This document shows positions 39,700 through 53,262 of a stretch of DNA of 64,000 bases, piece after piece. Both the position numbers and the translations under genes were made by a program. The DNA comes from the human T2T-CHM13v2.0 reference genome, Homo sapiens. The stretch lies in NCBI RefSeq assembly GCF_009914755.1, contig NC_060935.1. One strand, 5' to 3'. How positions within the stretch are numbered: the stretch's first letter is position 1; each line of letters begins with the position of its first letter. The notes under the pieces were generated by a model. The model made no database searches, was not told where the DNA came from, and was given only the letters and a program-made list of their open reading frames with translations.

Positions 39700-39900
39700 A
39701 TTATGGATAGAAAACTAAAACTTGAGGCCTGGCATTATTTTTTTCTGGTGGCCTTGTGTAAGTCATTTAACAAACAGGATCTCAGTTTCCTCATATGGAA
39801 ATAGAACATGGTACTTCCCAATGGCCAAGGTTGTTGTGAAGATCAGATGAGATGCAAAATGCCAGTAGAGGAATGGTGTAATCTCTAAAGTATCTTACCA
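39700..39900 (+). mobile_element. MIR SINE
   Basis: ggccttgtgtaagtcatttaac...ctcagtttcctcatatggaaat...ggttgttgtgaagatcagatgaga. Confidence 0.75.
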
Positions 39901-39991
39901 ATGTGGGCTAGATGATCATTGTCATTCCCCATCCTCCGAGCCTGAGACCATAAGATACAGAAGGAAGACTCTGACAGTGACTAAGTACATA

Positions 39992-40360
39992 TGTCTTAGG
40001 TTTGGTTCATCCAGATGTTGATCTTGGGAAGAGGATTTGAAGGTGAGTAGTTTATTTGGGGTGTGATGTCAGGATGAATTGGTAGAGGAGTGTTTGGGTG
40101 AGAGGGGAAGGAAGGAAGGAAGCCTATCAGCATGTGATCATAAGCAGGTTGCTTCTGTGAGCAACTAGGACTCAGTCCCAGAGTATAAAAAATGCCTTCC
40201 AGTTGTCTGACTTGAGGGCCAAGCATGCTCCTGCAGCCAGAGAAGCTTTCAGGCAAAGAGTCACAGGTGCTTGCACTAGGAGGCCATCTGCATGTACTAG
40301 GGTGGCAAGTGCCAAGAGGAAGCATGGGTGGGACATTGACAGCCAACCGTGTCTGCTACA
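39992..40360 (-). mobile_element. LTR16C-like ERV-L solo LTR
   Basis: TGTCTTAGGTTTGGTTC...gtagtttatttgggg...gtgtctgctACA. Confidence 0.75.
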
Positions 40361-40413
40361 GTGAATTGTAAGCTAGATACGGTCATGTGCATTATCTATA
40401 TTAACTTCTAAGT

Positions 40414-40603
40414 CAGTGGTTCCCAAACATAGCTTCTCACCAGAATTACCAGGGAAGTGTAAAAAATGTCAGACTTTGAGACCCATATTTGGGAAATTTT
40501 AAATTCAGAATGTCTAGGGCAAGGTCTAAGAATTGACTTTTTTTTTTTTTTTTCAAAGGCTCTATAGGTAATGCTGATTACCAGTCAGTTTGGGGGAAAC
40601 ATG
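40414..40603. mobile_element. MER5-family hAT MITE
   Basis: CAGTGGTTCCCAAAC...agaattaccagggaag...cagtttgggggaaacatg. Confidence 0.7.
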
Positions 40604-41175
40604 ATACTTAAACCATTCAATGCAGGCATTTTAAGGAAATCGATCTTGGTGTGTTCAGTATTTTATACAAAGTTACATCTATATTGGGGTGGAAGTAAGG
40701 TTCCAACCCAGTGCTCATCTCTTTACTTCAAGGTCACACTGCCTCTTCAGGGACCTGTTTCTCTTGCAGAGGCCAGGACCACATCTCTTAAACCCCAAGG
40801 GAAAGGGTGGGATGCCTGCATTATGAAGTGTGGAGCCCTGAGCCTGCTCCTGCCAGTCATATGGACTGCCTACTAATAGAAGGAGTCTTCTCAGCGGACT
40901 TTCAACACACTTCTTTTCCACCTTGTTCTCTGCAGTGGCCAGATTCTTACCATGCCATGCCTGGATCATTGAAACTTCCTCCTCACCCACCTCCCTGCCT
41001 CAGTCCTCACTTCCTCTAGTCCCATGTCTCACTGCAACACACCCTGCATCACCACCCTCTTTCTCAGATGGACAGGGCTCCCCACTCCTGATCTGTAAAA
41101 TGGAGTCGAAAGCTCTTGGCAGGGTATAAAGTCCTGCATGACCCAGTTTCATTCTGTCTTGTATCTCTTGTAGGA

Positions 41176-41868
41176 TGTATTAGTCAGCCTACAGGGAGGA
41201 GAACAGGAACCTCTCTATGTATTTGAACAGCGAAAATATGGAACCAATTAGCCTGGTATTGCAGGACTGAAAATATGAAAAGGTGACACCAAGGTATACA
41301 AAGGTTTAACCACAGAAGGAGCTATTGATCCTAAAGCTGGAGGGTCAAAAAGCAGAGATTGGAATTATTAGAACCTAGAAACTTAGAGAGCTGTGGAGAT
41401 ATGGCTGAGATTTCTGAGGAGGGAGAAGTACTAGACAGCTGCTAGTAACTCAGGGCTCAGAGGAGGGTTCTCTCAGGGGAGGTTCTCATACCTCTAAGGA
41501 GAAGAGGGGTTACTCAACTTCTGCTGGGATTCAGAAGTTTGGAGAAAGCCCCTTGTGGAACTGGGCTTAGACCTCTAATGAGAGGGAGCCCCCCTGCCAT
41601 GGCTTGCACTTGTATGAGAGGTCCCGTAAGGCTGGGAGTCCATGATCCTAGAGGTTGGGACACTTGCAGCTGCCAGGATGAAGAGCCATTACTGGGGCAA
41701 TGCTGATGGGAAGCACAGCCAGCAGGTAGGGGCTCCCTCTCTAGAGCCAGCTCCTTGTGGGTCCTAACAGGCAGCCAGCTCCAAAGGAGGCCCCAGCCCT
41801 AGCACCACACAGCTGGGTAGAGAAGGGCGAGGAGGAGCTGAGGGGACAACACCTTAATAACTGGCACA
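41176..41868 (-). mobile_element. LTR78-like solo LTR
   Basis: TGTATTAGTCAG start, ...ttaataactggcACA end. Confidence 0.6.
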
Positions 41869-41949
41869 ACACCTGCAGTGTTAGAGTCACCAAAGATGCT
41901 TGGCCCTTATGCATCTCAACTCTTTGGCGAAGGCTATCCTCTCTCTTTG

Positions 41950-42250
41950 GAATTTTCTTCCCATCCAAAGGTTGTTTGGCTCCCGTCAGCACTCAAATGT
42001 CTCCTCCTGTGAAGCCTTCCACGTCTGCCCCTATTTCTAAATCCCCAAGCCAGAAAAACACCCTTTTCATATCCAGTTTCCCCTGGCATTCATGAAATGA
42101 TCACATTTTATAATAATTACTTGCTTCAGGTCTGTATCTTCTATTTGACCATGAACTTGTCAAGGGAAAGATGTTGCTTTATTTATCTTGATGTCTTCAA
42201 TAGTTCAATAAGTGTGTATCAAACAGCAAAAGCCCAGATGTCTGAATGAA
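41950..42250 (+). mobile_element. L2 LINE 3' fragment
   Basis: ctcaaatgtctcctcctgtgaagccttcc...gaccatgaacttgtcaaggg...ttcaataagtg. Confidence 0.65.
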
Positions 42251-42829
42251 GCCAGAATGCAGGGGGCAGGTGCAGATTGCCTGCCTGCAGAGCACAAAGC
42301 CCAGAGGAGTCCACAGCTCCAGGAGAGGTTGGTGGGAGGCTGCCCTCCCTCCCTTTCAATCATAGTAGAAAACCAGGGAAACAAAAACATAAAACAAACA
42401 TTGTTTCTGGGAATGTTTTAGAATGTAGAAATAGCATTAGATTTCTAACTTCACATACTTTTGGCCAAAGGAAAGTCGAGAATTGGACTCAAACGTCTCC
42501 TGTGTGTGAAGCCTTCCAGGGACCATTCAGCACAACTCACTTCCCTATTTCTCCCACTTCTCCACCCTTCTCTTATTTCTGCAGAACCTTGGCTGCTTAC
42601 CCATAGCAATTACTTCCTGCTGAGGTCTTCAGTAATATTGGTTTGAGGTTCTGAAGTGTATTTTGATGGGAATTCCCAATGGCTGGCAGTCCTTCTAGAA
42701 TCTGAGGTCTGTATCGCTAATGGTGCAATTTTAGACATTTTTTTTTTTACAAGGGGCTGTGAGTGAAGGTATTTTTGGAAACCTTCATATTCATACTTGT
42801 GTTCCTAAAAACTCATTTAAATTCTCATC

Positions 42830-43040
42830 TAGCACATGCTTATCCAGCATTAGTATATTCTAAGAATTCTATTAAATGCTTTGGCATGCATTGTATCATC
42901 CAAGTCAATCTTTGCAGCAGCTCTGAGGTGGGTATTATTATCCTGTATTTATATCTCAGGAAGCTGGGAGCAGGGAGATCAAATGACATGCTACAAGTGA
43001 CAGGGCCAGCATCTGAAACCAGGTCTACTAACTCCATGCT
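42830..43040 (-). mobile_element. MIR SINE
   Basis: ctctgaggtgggtattattatcctgtatttatatctcaggaagctgg. Confidence 0.65.
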
Positions 43041-43299
43041 TACAGTTCTTTTCTCATGAATTCTGCTTATAGGCGGGCTCAGCTCCAAACTGGATTTGGT
43101 CTCCCAGAGAGTCTGAGATTTGAAGGTAACATGATGAAAGAGAATTTTGTCTCAATGTCCAGAAATAGACCATGATACAGAAAGAAAGGCTAAAGTCCTG
43201 TGTAAAAGTCCCTTACTTTTCCAGAGGGCAAAGACCTTCGGGTACATATTTCTCCAGAACATTAGCCCCAGGTGGTGCATGAGTCTCCTACTCGACGAG

Positions 43300-43460
43300 G
43301 AAATTAACTGGAGAGGTGTGGTCCAGGTGCAAGATCCCTGGCTGGGAAACCAGAGGTGTTTCCCCAGGGTCACTTGACTTCCCTGATCTTGGGTTTTCTC
43401 CATTGAAGAATTAGTGGTTTAAGTGACATGACCTCCAATGCTCCCCTCAGTTCTAAGATA
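43300..43460 (+). mobile_element. MIR/MIR3 SINE
   Basis: gtcacttgacttccctgatcttgggttttctccattgaa...tccaatgctcccctcagttctaaga. Confidence 0.55.
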
Positions 43461-44311
43461 GAACGAATACTGCCTGTTATGGAATGAAGGGCTCTTTTAC
43501 CTTGAAGGTCAAGTCCTCTGTCGAGTCTTTAAGCACTGTCAAAAGATGATAAAGGGTCAAAAAGATTGGGAACCTTGAGTCTCTGGTTTAAAAATCAGCT
43601 TTCTGGGGGTAGAAGCCTCAATTTCCAGCTTGCAACCTGTGAGGGAGATGAATTAGCGGGTCTCAGGCCCAGCATGGACAAATGTCCCCAACATTAACTC
43701 TAGTCGTCTCAGCCAACCACTCTCCCCACATCTCTATGGATTACCCCAATCATCGCCCACTCAGCATTTGGAGCTGGTCTTGCGCTGCCCTGGTGAAATG
43801 CTGAATAATTCATTACACTCTCTTTTCCTGCTATTGCTGCCTTGAACAGCTCTTGACTCTGCCCTTTGCTGCCGCTCCCCAGAGCTCATGTGAATTAGGT
43901 TTGGGGAAGAAGACATGTGAGGCTCAGAGGATGCCAGTCCCTAGGGGAGGCAGACAAACATAATCTTGGTTTCTATAGCACCCTGAGACCCCAAACTGCG
44001 GAGCCTCCCACATCTCTCATCGTAACATTAAGAGCCGCCTTGGAGTTCACCCGAGGACATGTTCCAGGGAAATCATAGAATATTTATTAGCGTTATTACA
44101 TTTTCTGCAGCACCTTTCATCCCAAAGGATCCCAAAATGCTTTGCTAACAAAATATCCAGGGAGATTTTATCCACTTCTAAAGTCAAGCCACTGTTCCAC
44201 ACTTTCCCCCTCACCACACCCCTTCCATTCGCCTTCCCCCAATCCATTTCTGCCTGGATTGTCATGACTCTTCATTGCTTATTGGGTAACACTCAAATGC
44301 CTTCTCCTGGT

Positions 44312-44797
44312 CGTATGAGTTTCCTGTGACTGCTGTAACAAATTACCACAAACTCAGTGACTGAGAGCAACACACACTTATTCTCACACAGTTCTGAAAG
44401 CCAAAAGTCCTAAATGTGTTTCACTGTGCTGAGAACAAGGTGTTGGCAGGGCTGTGCTCCCTCTGGATGTTCTAGGAGAGAACGCATTTCTGTGCCTTTT
44501 CCCACTGCTGGGCCTGTATTCCTGCGGTCCTTGCCTCATGCCCTTTCCACCACCTTCAAGGTGAGCAGCTCAGCATCTTTAATCCTCTCTGTCCAGGCTT
44601 CACATTGCCTTCTCCTCTACTATCAAACCTTTCCATCTCCCACTTATAAGGATGTTTGTGATTACATTTAGGGCCCGTCACCAAATCCAGGATAATCTCC
44701 TCATCTGCAAAGTCACATTTGCCATAGAAGGAAACATTCACAGGTTCCAGGGATTAGAGCCTAGATATTGTTGGGGACCATGGTTTAGCCTACCATG
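44312..44797 (-). mobile_element. MaLR solo LTR (MLT1C/D-like)
   Basis: gtttcctgtgactgctgtaacaaattaccacaaactcagtg...catctgcaaagtc...ttcacaggttccagggattag; cctgg on both flanks. Confidence 0.85.
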
Positions 44798-45844
44798 CCT
44801 GGCACTGAAGGCCTTTTCCCCCGACCAAAGTCAACATCTAATTCCCACCACTCCCCACAGCAGACTGCACACCACAGCCACACTGAGCTGCTCAGTTTTC
44901 TATTCAGAAAGTTTTGCCTGTTTCTGCTTCTGTGTCTGTGCTCTTGATTGTCTCTTTCTTTGGAATGGAAGTGCCTCCTTTCCTCCGTGGCTCCCTGTTC
45001 TCCCTGTTTGCCTTCGCTGGAGCAAATCCTCTGACTTGGGAGCCATCCCTGCAGCCTCACTGTCCCCTAGTGTGTGCAGTGTTCACTGGCCCCCCCCATG
45101 CCAGGATCCCCTCTCACATGGGACACGCTCCTTGTCTTCACATGGACAGCCTTTAGGAAATGCCACATAAAGTATTCCCATGGGAATGATAGTACAGGGA
45201 AGGGTTTCAGGTTGATTCCACAACTATGCTTTTGACACTCAACATATATTTATTATTCATTTAAAATACTTATGAAGTTCTTCCTCTGAGTCTGGCCTGA
45301 TTCACATTGATGAAGATGTATGCCTTAGCCCTTAAGGAATTTAAGGCCTGGAGGGGATTAAACAATAATTGTGAGTCCCACCACTGCTGAGTCAGAGGAA
45401 GTTCAGGGTGCCATAAGATCATACACAGAGGGCCTATCTGGCCTCACAGTGGGTGAGAAGTGAGGGAAATTAATTTAGCAATTAGAGATTCTACTAAAAA
45501 GACAATCATAATATTATTATTCATAGCAAAGATCCACCTTCCATTTGCATAGTGCTTCTTATGAGGTGTGACCATAATGTAATAGAATGAGTTTTCTTAT
45601 AAAAACCAAACATAACAAATTATATTACAGGGAATCTCAGCGTTGGGAAGGACCTTAAAGGTCATATTGTTCAACTTTCTTTCTGATGCAGCTCTTCCCT
45701 CTAAACTACACCTAATGCCTGTGCTTGCCTGAATTCTGCTTGAAAATCTCCAAGGAGTGTGGTTTTTCATGAAAGTCTCCTTGGATTTTATGTGTATGTT
45801 AGCGAATAGAAAGGAAAGAGGGTACCTTATACTTACTATCTGCA

Positions 45845-45938
45845 TACGTACATATCAATATATAAAATTTGTGTATATATTGTATATATAGATATATCTG
45901 TATATATATATATGTATATGTGTGTGTGTGTGTGTGTA
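45845..45938. repeat. (TA)n/(TG)n microsatellite
   Basis: Direct observation. Confidence 0.9.
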
Positions 45939-46189
45939 AAGCAATTGTGCTGCAATTCCAATTCTGCACAATTGTGGAAGTTCCAAAAATGTGTTGGAAA
46001 ATTGCATTAATGTTAGAACCTATTGGGATGTATGTATATTCTCTCAAAGTGACTACTTTGACCAGGAACACATACATGCATACACAGGTCTGGAGGTATT
46101 TAAAAATTATTGTCTTTATAATTATTTCAAAATAATTTCACAGGGTAAGCATTCCCATGACGGCTCTTCCTTTTTTTCTAAAATGGAGA

Positions 46190-46410
46190 TTTGTGCTGAA
46201 ATGAGGGTGGTTTAGTAAAAAGACTGTGAGTCTCAGATGGACATGAGATCAAATCATGGCTCTTCTTCTTAGAAGCTACATGACCTTAAATACATTATTT
46301 AATATTTCTGAGTCTCAATTTCATCTGTAAAATGAGGCTAATATCATTTTCCTTATAGGACAGTTGCAAAAATAAATATGCCTAGCACATAGCAGAAACT
46401 CAAATTATTT
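46190..46410 (+). mobile_element. MIR SINE
   Basis: ctgagtctcaatttcatctgtaaaatgagg...gcctagcacatagcagaaactcaa. Confidence 0.8.
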
Positions 46411-47003
46411 TCTACTCTTTTATGAAGAAGTTAAGATGGGTCTTATGGCTAGTTTTGTGGTAAATAAAATAAGAAATAAGAATGTAAGACGATTTTTCTA
46501 GGGTTTCATAAACTTCTAAATACCAAGGCTGGGTTAGTTGTTTCTGACATGCCCTTTATTTTTCTCCATTGCAAAGGATGTACATGGTTTTTGTTTTATT
46601 AATGGAGAAATACAAATGTCTGCCTATGTGCACATGCACCTTTATCATCTCCTGACACGTTGCCTCACTTTTTGGTTATGTATATTCCCCTACTCAGTTG
46701 CCTGAGGAAGAATGTATTGGGACCTTCTCTTTTGGAATTGGAACCCATATCAGTTATCTTAGGAGAGAAGCATTTTTTAATAAGAGGGTACATCTTAAGA
46801 TGTTTAGGATGCTTTGTGATACATGAAAGCTCACCTGAAGTTTGTCATTGTCATCTCTTTGACTTCTAACCCTGCAGTAGTTAGTTTTACTAAAAGGCTG
46901 CACCCAATTCCTCCACCTACATGTAATTCATCAAGCAAGCCCACATCACCCTTTGCTGTCATTGAGCGAATCAGATTCAGCATCAGAGATGAAAGGGTTG
47001 CTG

Positions 47004-47570
47004 TGTTATAAGTCATGATTCAGCCAGGGAATCAGAGTCATGGTAAGTGTGGGTAAGATGTTTATGATGGCAATTAGACCTTACACAATTGAGAAGGAAC
47101 TGGGTAGCAGAGGTCCACGCAACGAGTTGGAGGAACAGAATATGAGTCAGTAGCCAATGGACAATCTGAGACTGTGTCCAGTCTCTGAAGTCAACCATAA
47201 AGGGGGCATCTTGGAGGACCATGGGAAATGTTGCTTCTATGCAGCTATAGCCTCTGTGGGTCTGCAGCCAGGTGTCTGATGATGAGCCTGAGTATTTTCT
47301 GGGTTACCAGATGTGTCACTTGAGGAGAGGGCTGAATGTGGAATGGAAAAGAGTGAGAAAAAAGTGAAACCCGTCAGGCAATTTGCATGTGTTTATCACT
47401 ACATCTGACCATGGCAGCTTCAGAGAATATTGGTTGCTGTTTCACTCCTACCTTCCAGATCTTGTGCAAATTTTTCTTTTGGCCGACTCTAACTTGGAAA
47501 TATATACAGAAGAAATTCTGGGATAAGTTGTTTCAGTTTAACCAAGTTGATGCAGAAGAATCCACCAGCA
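47004..47570 (-). mobile_element. Old ERV-L LTR (LTR52/LTR40-like)
   Basis: ...ttctgggataagttgtttcagtttaaccaagttgatgcag... matches the reverse complement of an ERV-L LTR 5' end. Confidence 0.55.
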
Positions 47571-48571
47571 TTGCTTACTGAAGAAGACAGAGCGAAAAGA
47601 GCTCTGCTGTATATATTCTTGTCCGCTTTCATCGATACTCAGCAGAAAGCACCCTGACCTTCTTGTGATGTAGTCTACCAAGAGGAAATTGCAATTTATT
47701 ATTTTTCTTATTGTGGTAAAATTCACATGCAATTAAAGGCCAAGATCTCAAGTGCAATTCAATGAGCTTTGAAAAATACATATACAGTGTAATAAACACC
47801 GCAGTGAAATCTTGTAAGCTTTGAAACCAGGTAATGTAAGCTCTCCAAATGTATTTTTAAAAATGTTGTTTTGGCTATCCTAGGCCCTTTGTAGTTTTAT
47901 GTAAATGCTGGAATAAATTTATTGATTTGTATAAAATGGCTGGTTGAAATTTTTCATAGGATTGCATTGACTCTATAGAAAATTTGGGGAGATTTGACAT
48001 TTCAATAATATTGATTCTCCAATCTATCAACAGCTTATTTCTCCTCATTTATTTATTTTTTATCTCTATCAATAATATTTTGTAGCTTTTGATTCACAAC
48101 TCTGGTACCTCTTTTGTTAATTTTATTCCTAAATATTTTTTGTTTCATAATGTTATTGTAAATGTTATTTTAAAATTTTATTATTCTAATTTTGCATATT
48201 GATATTTATATAGTGACTTTATATGCTGTGATCTTACTTTATTTACTTATAAGTTCTAATAGCTTTTTAAAGTATAAATTCTTTAGGATTTTCTATGTAA
48301 ACTATAATAATATCATTGAATAAATGAAATTTCCTCATTTCTAATTTTTATGCTTTTCATTTATTTTTCAAGCTTTATTTTACTGGTTAGCAGTATAATG
48401 TAGGATAGATTTAGTTAAAAGGAACATTCACACTTCGTTTATGAAAGAAAGGGGAAGGAGTTCAATATTTCATTATTAAGTATGTTAATCAGGGGGCTTT
48501 TTGTAGATGTCCTTTATCACATTAAGAAGAAGTTCTGTCTATTTCTACTTTGCTTAGAGTTTCAACTATGA

Positions 48572-48923
<352 letters not shown>

Positions 48924-49744
48924 TGATATAATACACAGTTTTTCTTCTGGATTTTGTTAATATGATGGATCATATTGACTGATTTTTGAATATTAAAGCA
49001 ATCTTGCATGCCTGGTATGAACCCCACTTGGAAGCTTTGTATAGTGCTAGGTTTAATTTGCTAATATTGTGTGAAAAGTTTTTGTGTTTATGCTCAGTCT
49101 TATTTGGCTATAATTTTTTTTAATTAAAGTGTATTTGTTAAGTTTTGATATCATAATTTGGTTGGCTTTGTAAAACAAGAGATGAAATGATCATTCTTTA
49201 TTTTCTGAAGTAGTTTATGAATTATTATATTATTTTTTCTCTATGCCATAGAACTAATAGGCCATTTGGATTTTCTTTATGGTTATGAATTTCACTTTAA
49301 AAGAAAACTGCATATGGACTATTTTTATGTTCTATAATTTTGTATCAGTTTTATAAAATTGTGTTTTCAAGGATTTTGTTCATTTCATCTAAGTTGTTAA
49401 ATCTAGAGGCATAAAGTTATTACAATATTCTTTATTATTCTTTTTATGTCTGTAGGATCTGTAGTGATATCCCCCTTTTTATTTCTGATGCTGGTAATTA
49501 CTATATTCTCTTTTTTTCCTGATTGATTTTGCTCAGGTTTACTCAACTTTATTAACAATTTAAAGAACCGTGTTTTGTTTTGTTTTTTAATTTATTTTGG
49601 GTTTAATTTTCTCTTTTTTTCTACCTTTTTATACTGGAAACTTAGATCACCTATTTTCAAAGTAATAAATTCCCTCCTACCACCATTTGAGAGGTATCAT
49701 ACAAATTTTGACATGTTGTGTTTTCATTATCATTTAGTTCAGTA

Positions 49745-49964
49745 CAGTTATGTCTCAGTATACATGAGGACTTGGTTCCAGGATTCTGGAGTACAACAGA
49801 ATCTGTGCGTACTCAAGTCTTGCAGATATATACAGAAAGTTTGCCCCCATATACGTGAGTTTTGCATCAAGAGAATATTGTATTTTTACCACATTGGGTT
49901 GAAAAGAAATTTACGTATAAGTGGACCCCTGCAGCTCAAACTCATGTTGTTCAAGGTTTAACTG
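49745..49964. mobile_element. MER8 (TcMar-Tigger MITE)
   Basis: TA-CAGTT...ttggttccagga...gtataagtggacccctgcagctcaaactcatgttgttcaagg...AACTG-TA; TA TSD on both sides. Confidence 0.85.
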
Positions 49965-51431
49965 TATTTCCTGACTTCTCTTATTAGTTATACTGTGCTC
50001 CATGAATTATTTAGAAGTATGTTGCTTAATTTCCAAATATTTGAGCATTTCTGCGTACATATAGTTAGTATTTTTGTACTTAATCTTTTGTTGTCAGAGA
50101 ACATGTGTAAGATTTCAATCTTCTGAAATGTATTGAAACTTATTTTACATATGTTTACAACATATGGTTTGTATGTGCTACACATGTATATATGTTATAC
50201 CATATATGCCTGAAAATATGTCTATTCTATAGTTTTGGGGTTATAGTGTTTTGAAAATTTCAGTTATATCAAGGCAGTTTATATTGTTGTACAAACCTTT
50301 GTATTTCCTTTTTGACTTTTTTTCTAGTTATTCTAATAATTTCTGAGTGAGGGATTTAAAAATCTCCAGCTATAACTGTGTATTTTTCTGTTTCTTTCTT
50401 TATTCATGTCTTTTCCTGCTTTGTGTATTTTGAAGTTCTAATATTACAAGCACACGCAGTTCTAGGATTGTCATATCTTCCAAAAGAAATAATCTATTTT
50501 TACTATTGTGATATATCTCTGTCTTTGGTAAGATTTCTTGTTGTCTCTTTTGTCTGATATCAATATAACCACACAAGGTTTCTTATGATTACTATTTGTG
50601 TGATTTATCTTGTTCCATCCTTTTACTTTCAACCTATCAGGGTCATTGTATTTACCATGCATGTCTAGTAGACAGGATGTAATTGAGTCTTTTTTTTTTC
50701 CTATACAGTCTGAAAATCTATGCCCTTAACTGGAGTTTGGTGCATTTGCTTTAAATGTAATTATTGATGATCCTGGATTTAATGTATCATCTTGCTATTT
50801 ACTGACTGTTTGCCTCATCTTCTTTGTTTCTGTTTTTCCTTTTCTGCCTTCTTTTGAATTCACCAAATTATTTTAGTATCCAATTTAATTTTTTCTATTG
50901 GCTTTTTAGCTTTACCTCTCTATTTTTCATAGTCATTCTAGGAAGCACTAGGAAGTCCTTACCTTTTTACAGTCTACTTAGAGTTAATATTGTACCTTAT
51001 AATATAAAATGTAAAAATCCTATAAGAGTGTAATTCCATTTACCCTCACTTTTTCTAGTACTGCTTTCATATATTTTACTCTGAAATGTGCTAAAACCAT
51101 AAAATACATTTTATGCTGTGAAAGCCAATTGTTTATAAAAGAAATTAAGAGAAGAAAAAAATATTATTTTTATCCGCATATTTACCTATTCCTGAGCTCT
51201 TCATTCTTTCTTGCATATCAGAAGTTCCATTCTTTTGTTCAAAGAGCTTCCTTCGAGTATTACATCATGGAGGCCTGCTGAACATGAATTCTTTCAGTTT
51301 TCACCTATCTAAAAATTATTTTATTTTCACCTTGAAGATTATTTTTGATATCTATAAAGTTCTGGGCAATTTGTTCTTTTTTTTTTTCTTTCAGCACCAC
51401 ATATAATTCATTCATTTATCTTCCAGCTTTC

Positions 51432-51438
<7 letters not shown>

Positions 51439-51462
<24 letters not shown>

Positions 51463-53012
51463 TTTTTGATCATTCTTGGGTGTTTCTCGCAGAGGGGGAT
51501 TTGGCAGGGTCATAGGACAATAGTGGAGGGAAGGTCAGCAGATAAACAAGTGAACAAAGGTCTCTGGTTTTCCTAGGCAGAAGACCCTGCGGCCTTCCGC
51601 AGTGTTTGTGTCCCTGGGTACTTGAGATTAGGGAGTGGTGATGACTCTTAACGAGCATGCTGCCTTCAAGCATCTGTTTAACAAAGCACATCTTGCACCG
51701 CCCTTAATCCATTTAACCCTGAGTGGACACAGCACATGTTTCAGAGAGCACAGGGTTGGGGATAAGGTCACAGATCAACAGGATCCCAAGGCAGAAGAAC
51801 TTTTCTTAGTACAGAACAAAATGAAAAGTCTCCCATGTCTACTTCTATCCACACAGACCCGGCAACCATCCGATTTCTCAATTTTTTCCCCACTCTTCCC
51901 GCCTTTCTATTCCACAAAACCGCCATTGTCATCATGGCCCATCCCCAATGAGCCGCTGGGCACACCTCCCAGACGGGGTCGTGGCCGGGCAGAGGGGCTC
52001 CTCACTTCCCAGTAGGGGCGGCCGGGCAGAAGCGCCCCTCACCTCCCGGACGGGGCGGCTGGCCGGGCGGGGGGCTGGCCCCCACCACCTCCCTCCCGGA
52101 CGGGGCGGCTGGCCGGGCAGGGGGCTGACCCCCCCTCCCCCCTCCCGGACGGGGCGGCTGGCTGGGCAGAGGGACTCCTCACTTCCCAGTAGGGGCGGTT
52201 GCCAGGCAGAGGGTTTCCTCACTTCTCAGATGGGGCGGCCGGGCAGAGACGCTCCTCACCTCCCAGACAGGGTTGCGGCCCAGCAGAGGCGCTCCTCACA
52301 TCCCAGACAGGGCGGCGGGGCAGAGGTGCTCCCCACATCTCAGACGATGGGCGGCCGGGCAGAGACGCTCCTCACTTCCTAGATGGGATGGCGGCGGGGA
52401 AGAGGCGCTCCTCGCTTCCTAGATGGGATGGCGGCCGGGCAGAGACGCTCCTCACTTTCCAGACTGGGCAGCCAGGCAGAGGGGCTCCTCACATCCCAGA
52501 CATGGGCGGCCAGGCAGAGACGCTCCTCACTTCCTAGACGGGGTGGCGGCCGGGCAGAGGCTGCAATCTCGGCACTTTGGGAGGCCAAGGCAGGCGGCTG
52601 GGAGGTGGAGGTTGTAGCGAGCCGAGATCACGCCACTGCACTCCAGCCTGGGCACCATTGAGCACTGAGTGAACGAGACTCCGTCTGCAATCCCGGCACC
52701 TCGGGAGGCCGAGGCTGGCGGATCACTCGTGGTTAGGAGCTGGAGACCAGCCCGGCCAACACAGCAAAACCCCGTCTCCACCAAAAAAAAACCAAAAACC
52801 AGTCAGGCGTGGCGGCGCGCGCCTGCAATCGCAGGCACTCGGCAGGCTGAGGCAGGAGAATAAGGCAGGGAGGTTGCAGTGAGCCGAGATGGCAGCAGTA
52901 CCGTCCAGCTTTGGCTCGGCATCAGAGGGAGACCGTGGAAGGAGACCGTGTGAAGGGGGAGAGGGAGAGGGAGAGGGAGAGGGAGAGGGAGAGGGAGAGG
53001 GAGAGGGAGAGG
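51439..53012 (-). mobile_element. Full-length young SVA retrotransposon (SVA_D/E/F class)
   Basis: On the minus strand: (CCCTCT)9 at 52959-53012, Alu-like domain about 52560-52935, GC-rich VNTR about 51960-52560, SINE-R 51468-51960, A8(TAAA)n tail. TSD TCATTATTT (51430-51438, 53013-53021). Confidence 0.98.
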
Positions 53013-53170
53013 TCATTATTTCTTATGAGAAGTTAGTCATCATTAATATTGTTGTTCTACTATATGCAATGTATGTTTTTCCCCACTGGCTTCTTTAAAT
53101 ATTTTTTGTTTATATTTAGGCTTCAGTAATTTATATATAATGCATTAGGGGTTTTAAAAAAATTCTACAT

Positions 53171-53262
53171 CTGGTGCATCAAAATCTCAGAAATCACCAC
53201 TAAAGAACTTATCCATGTAACGAAAATCCACCTACACCTACAAAAACTATTGAAATAAAAAT
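53171..53262 (+). mobile_element. ~90-bp 5'-truncated L1PB 3' end
   Basis: gtgcatcaaaatctcagaaatcaccactaaagaacttatccatgtaac...aataaa; TSD aaaattctacat / aaaattctacgt (53159-53170, 53263-53274). Confidence 0.88.

Noticed and set aside
51635-53098. Many overlapping ORFs, including SPSPSP/EGEGEG repeats
   Set aside because: Translations of the SVA VNTR, Alu-like domain and hexamer
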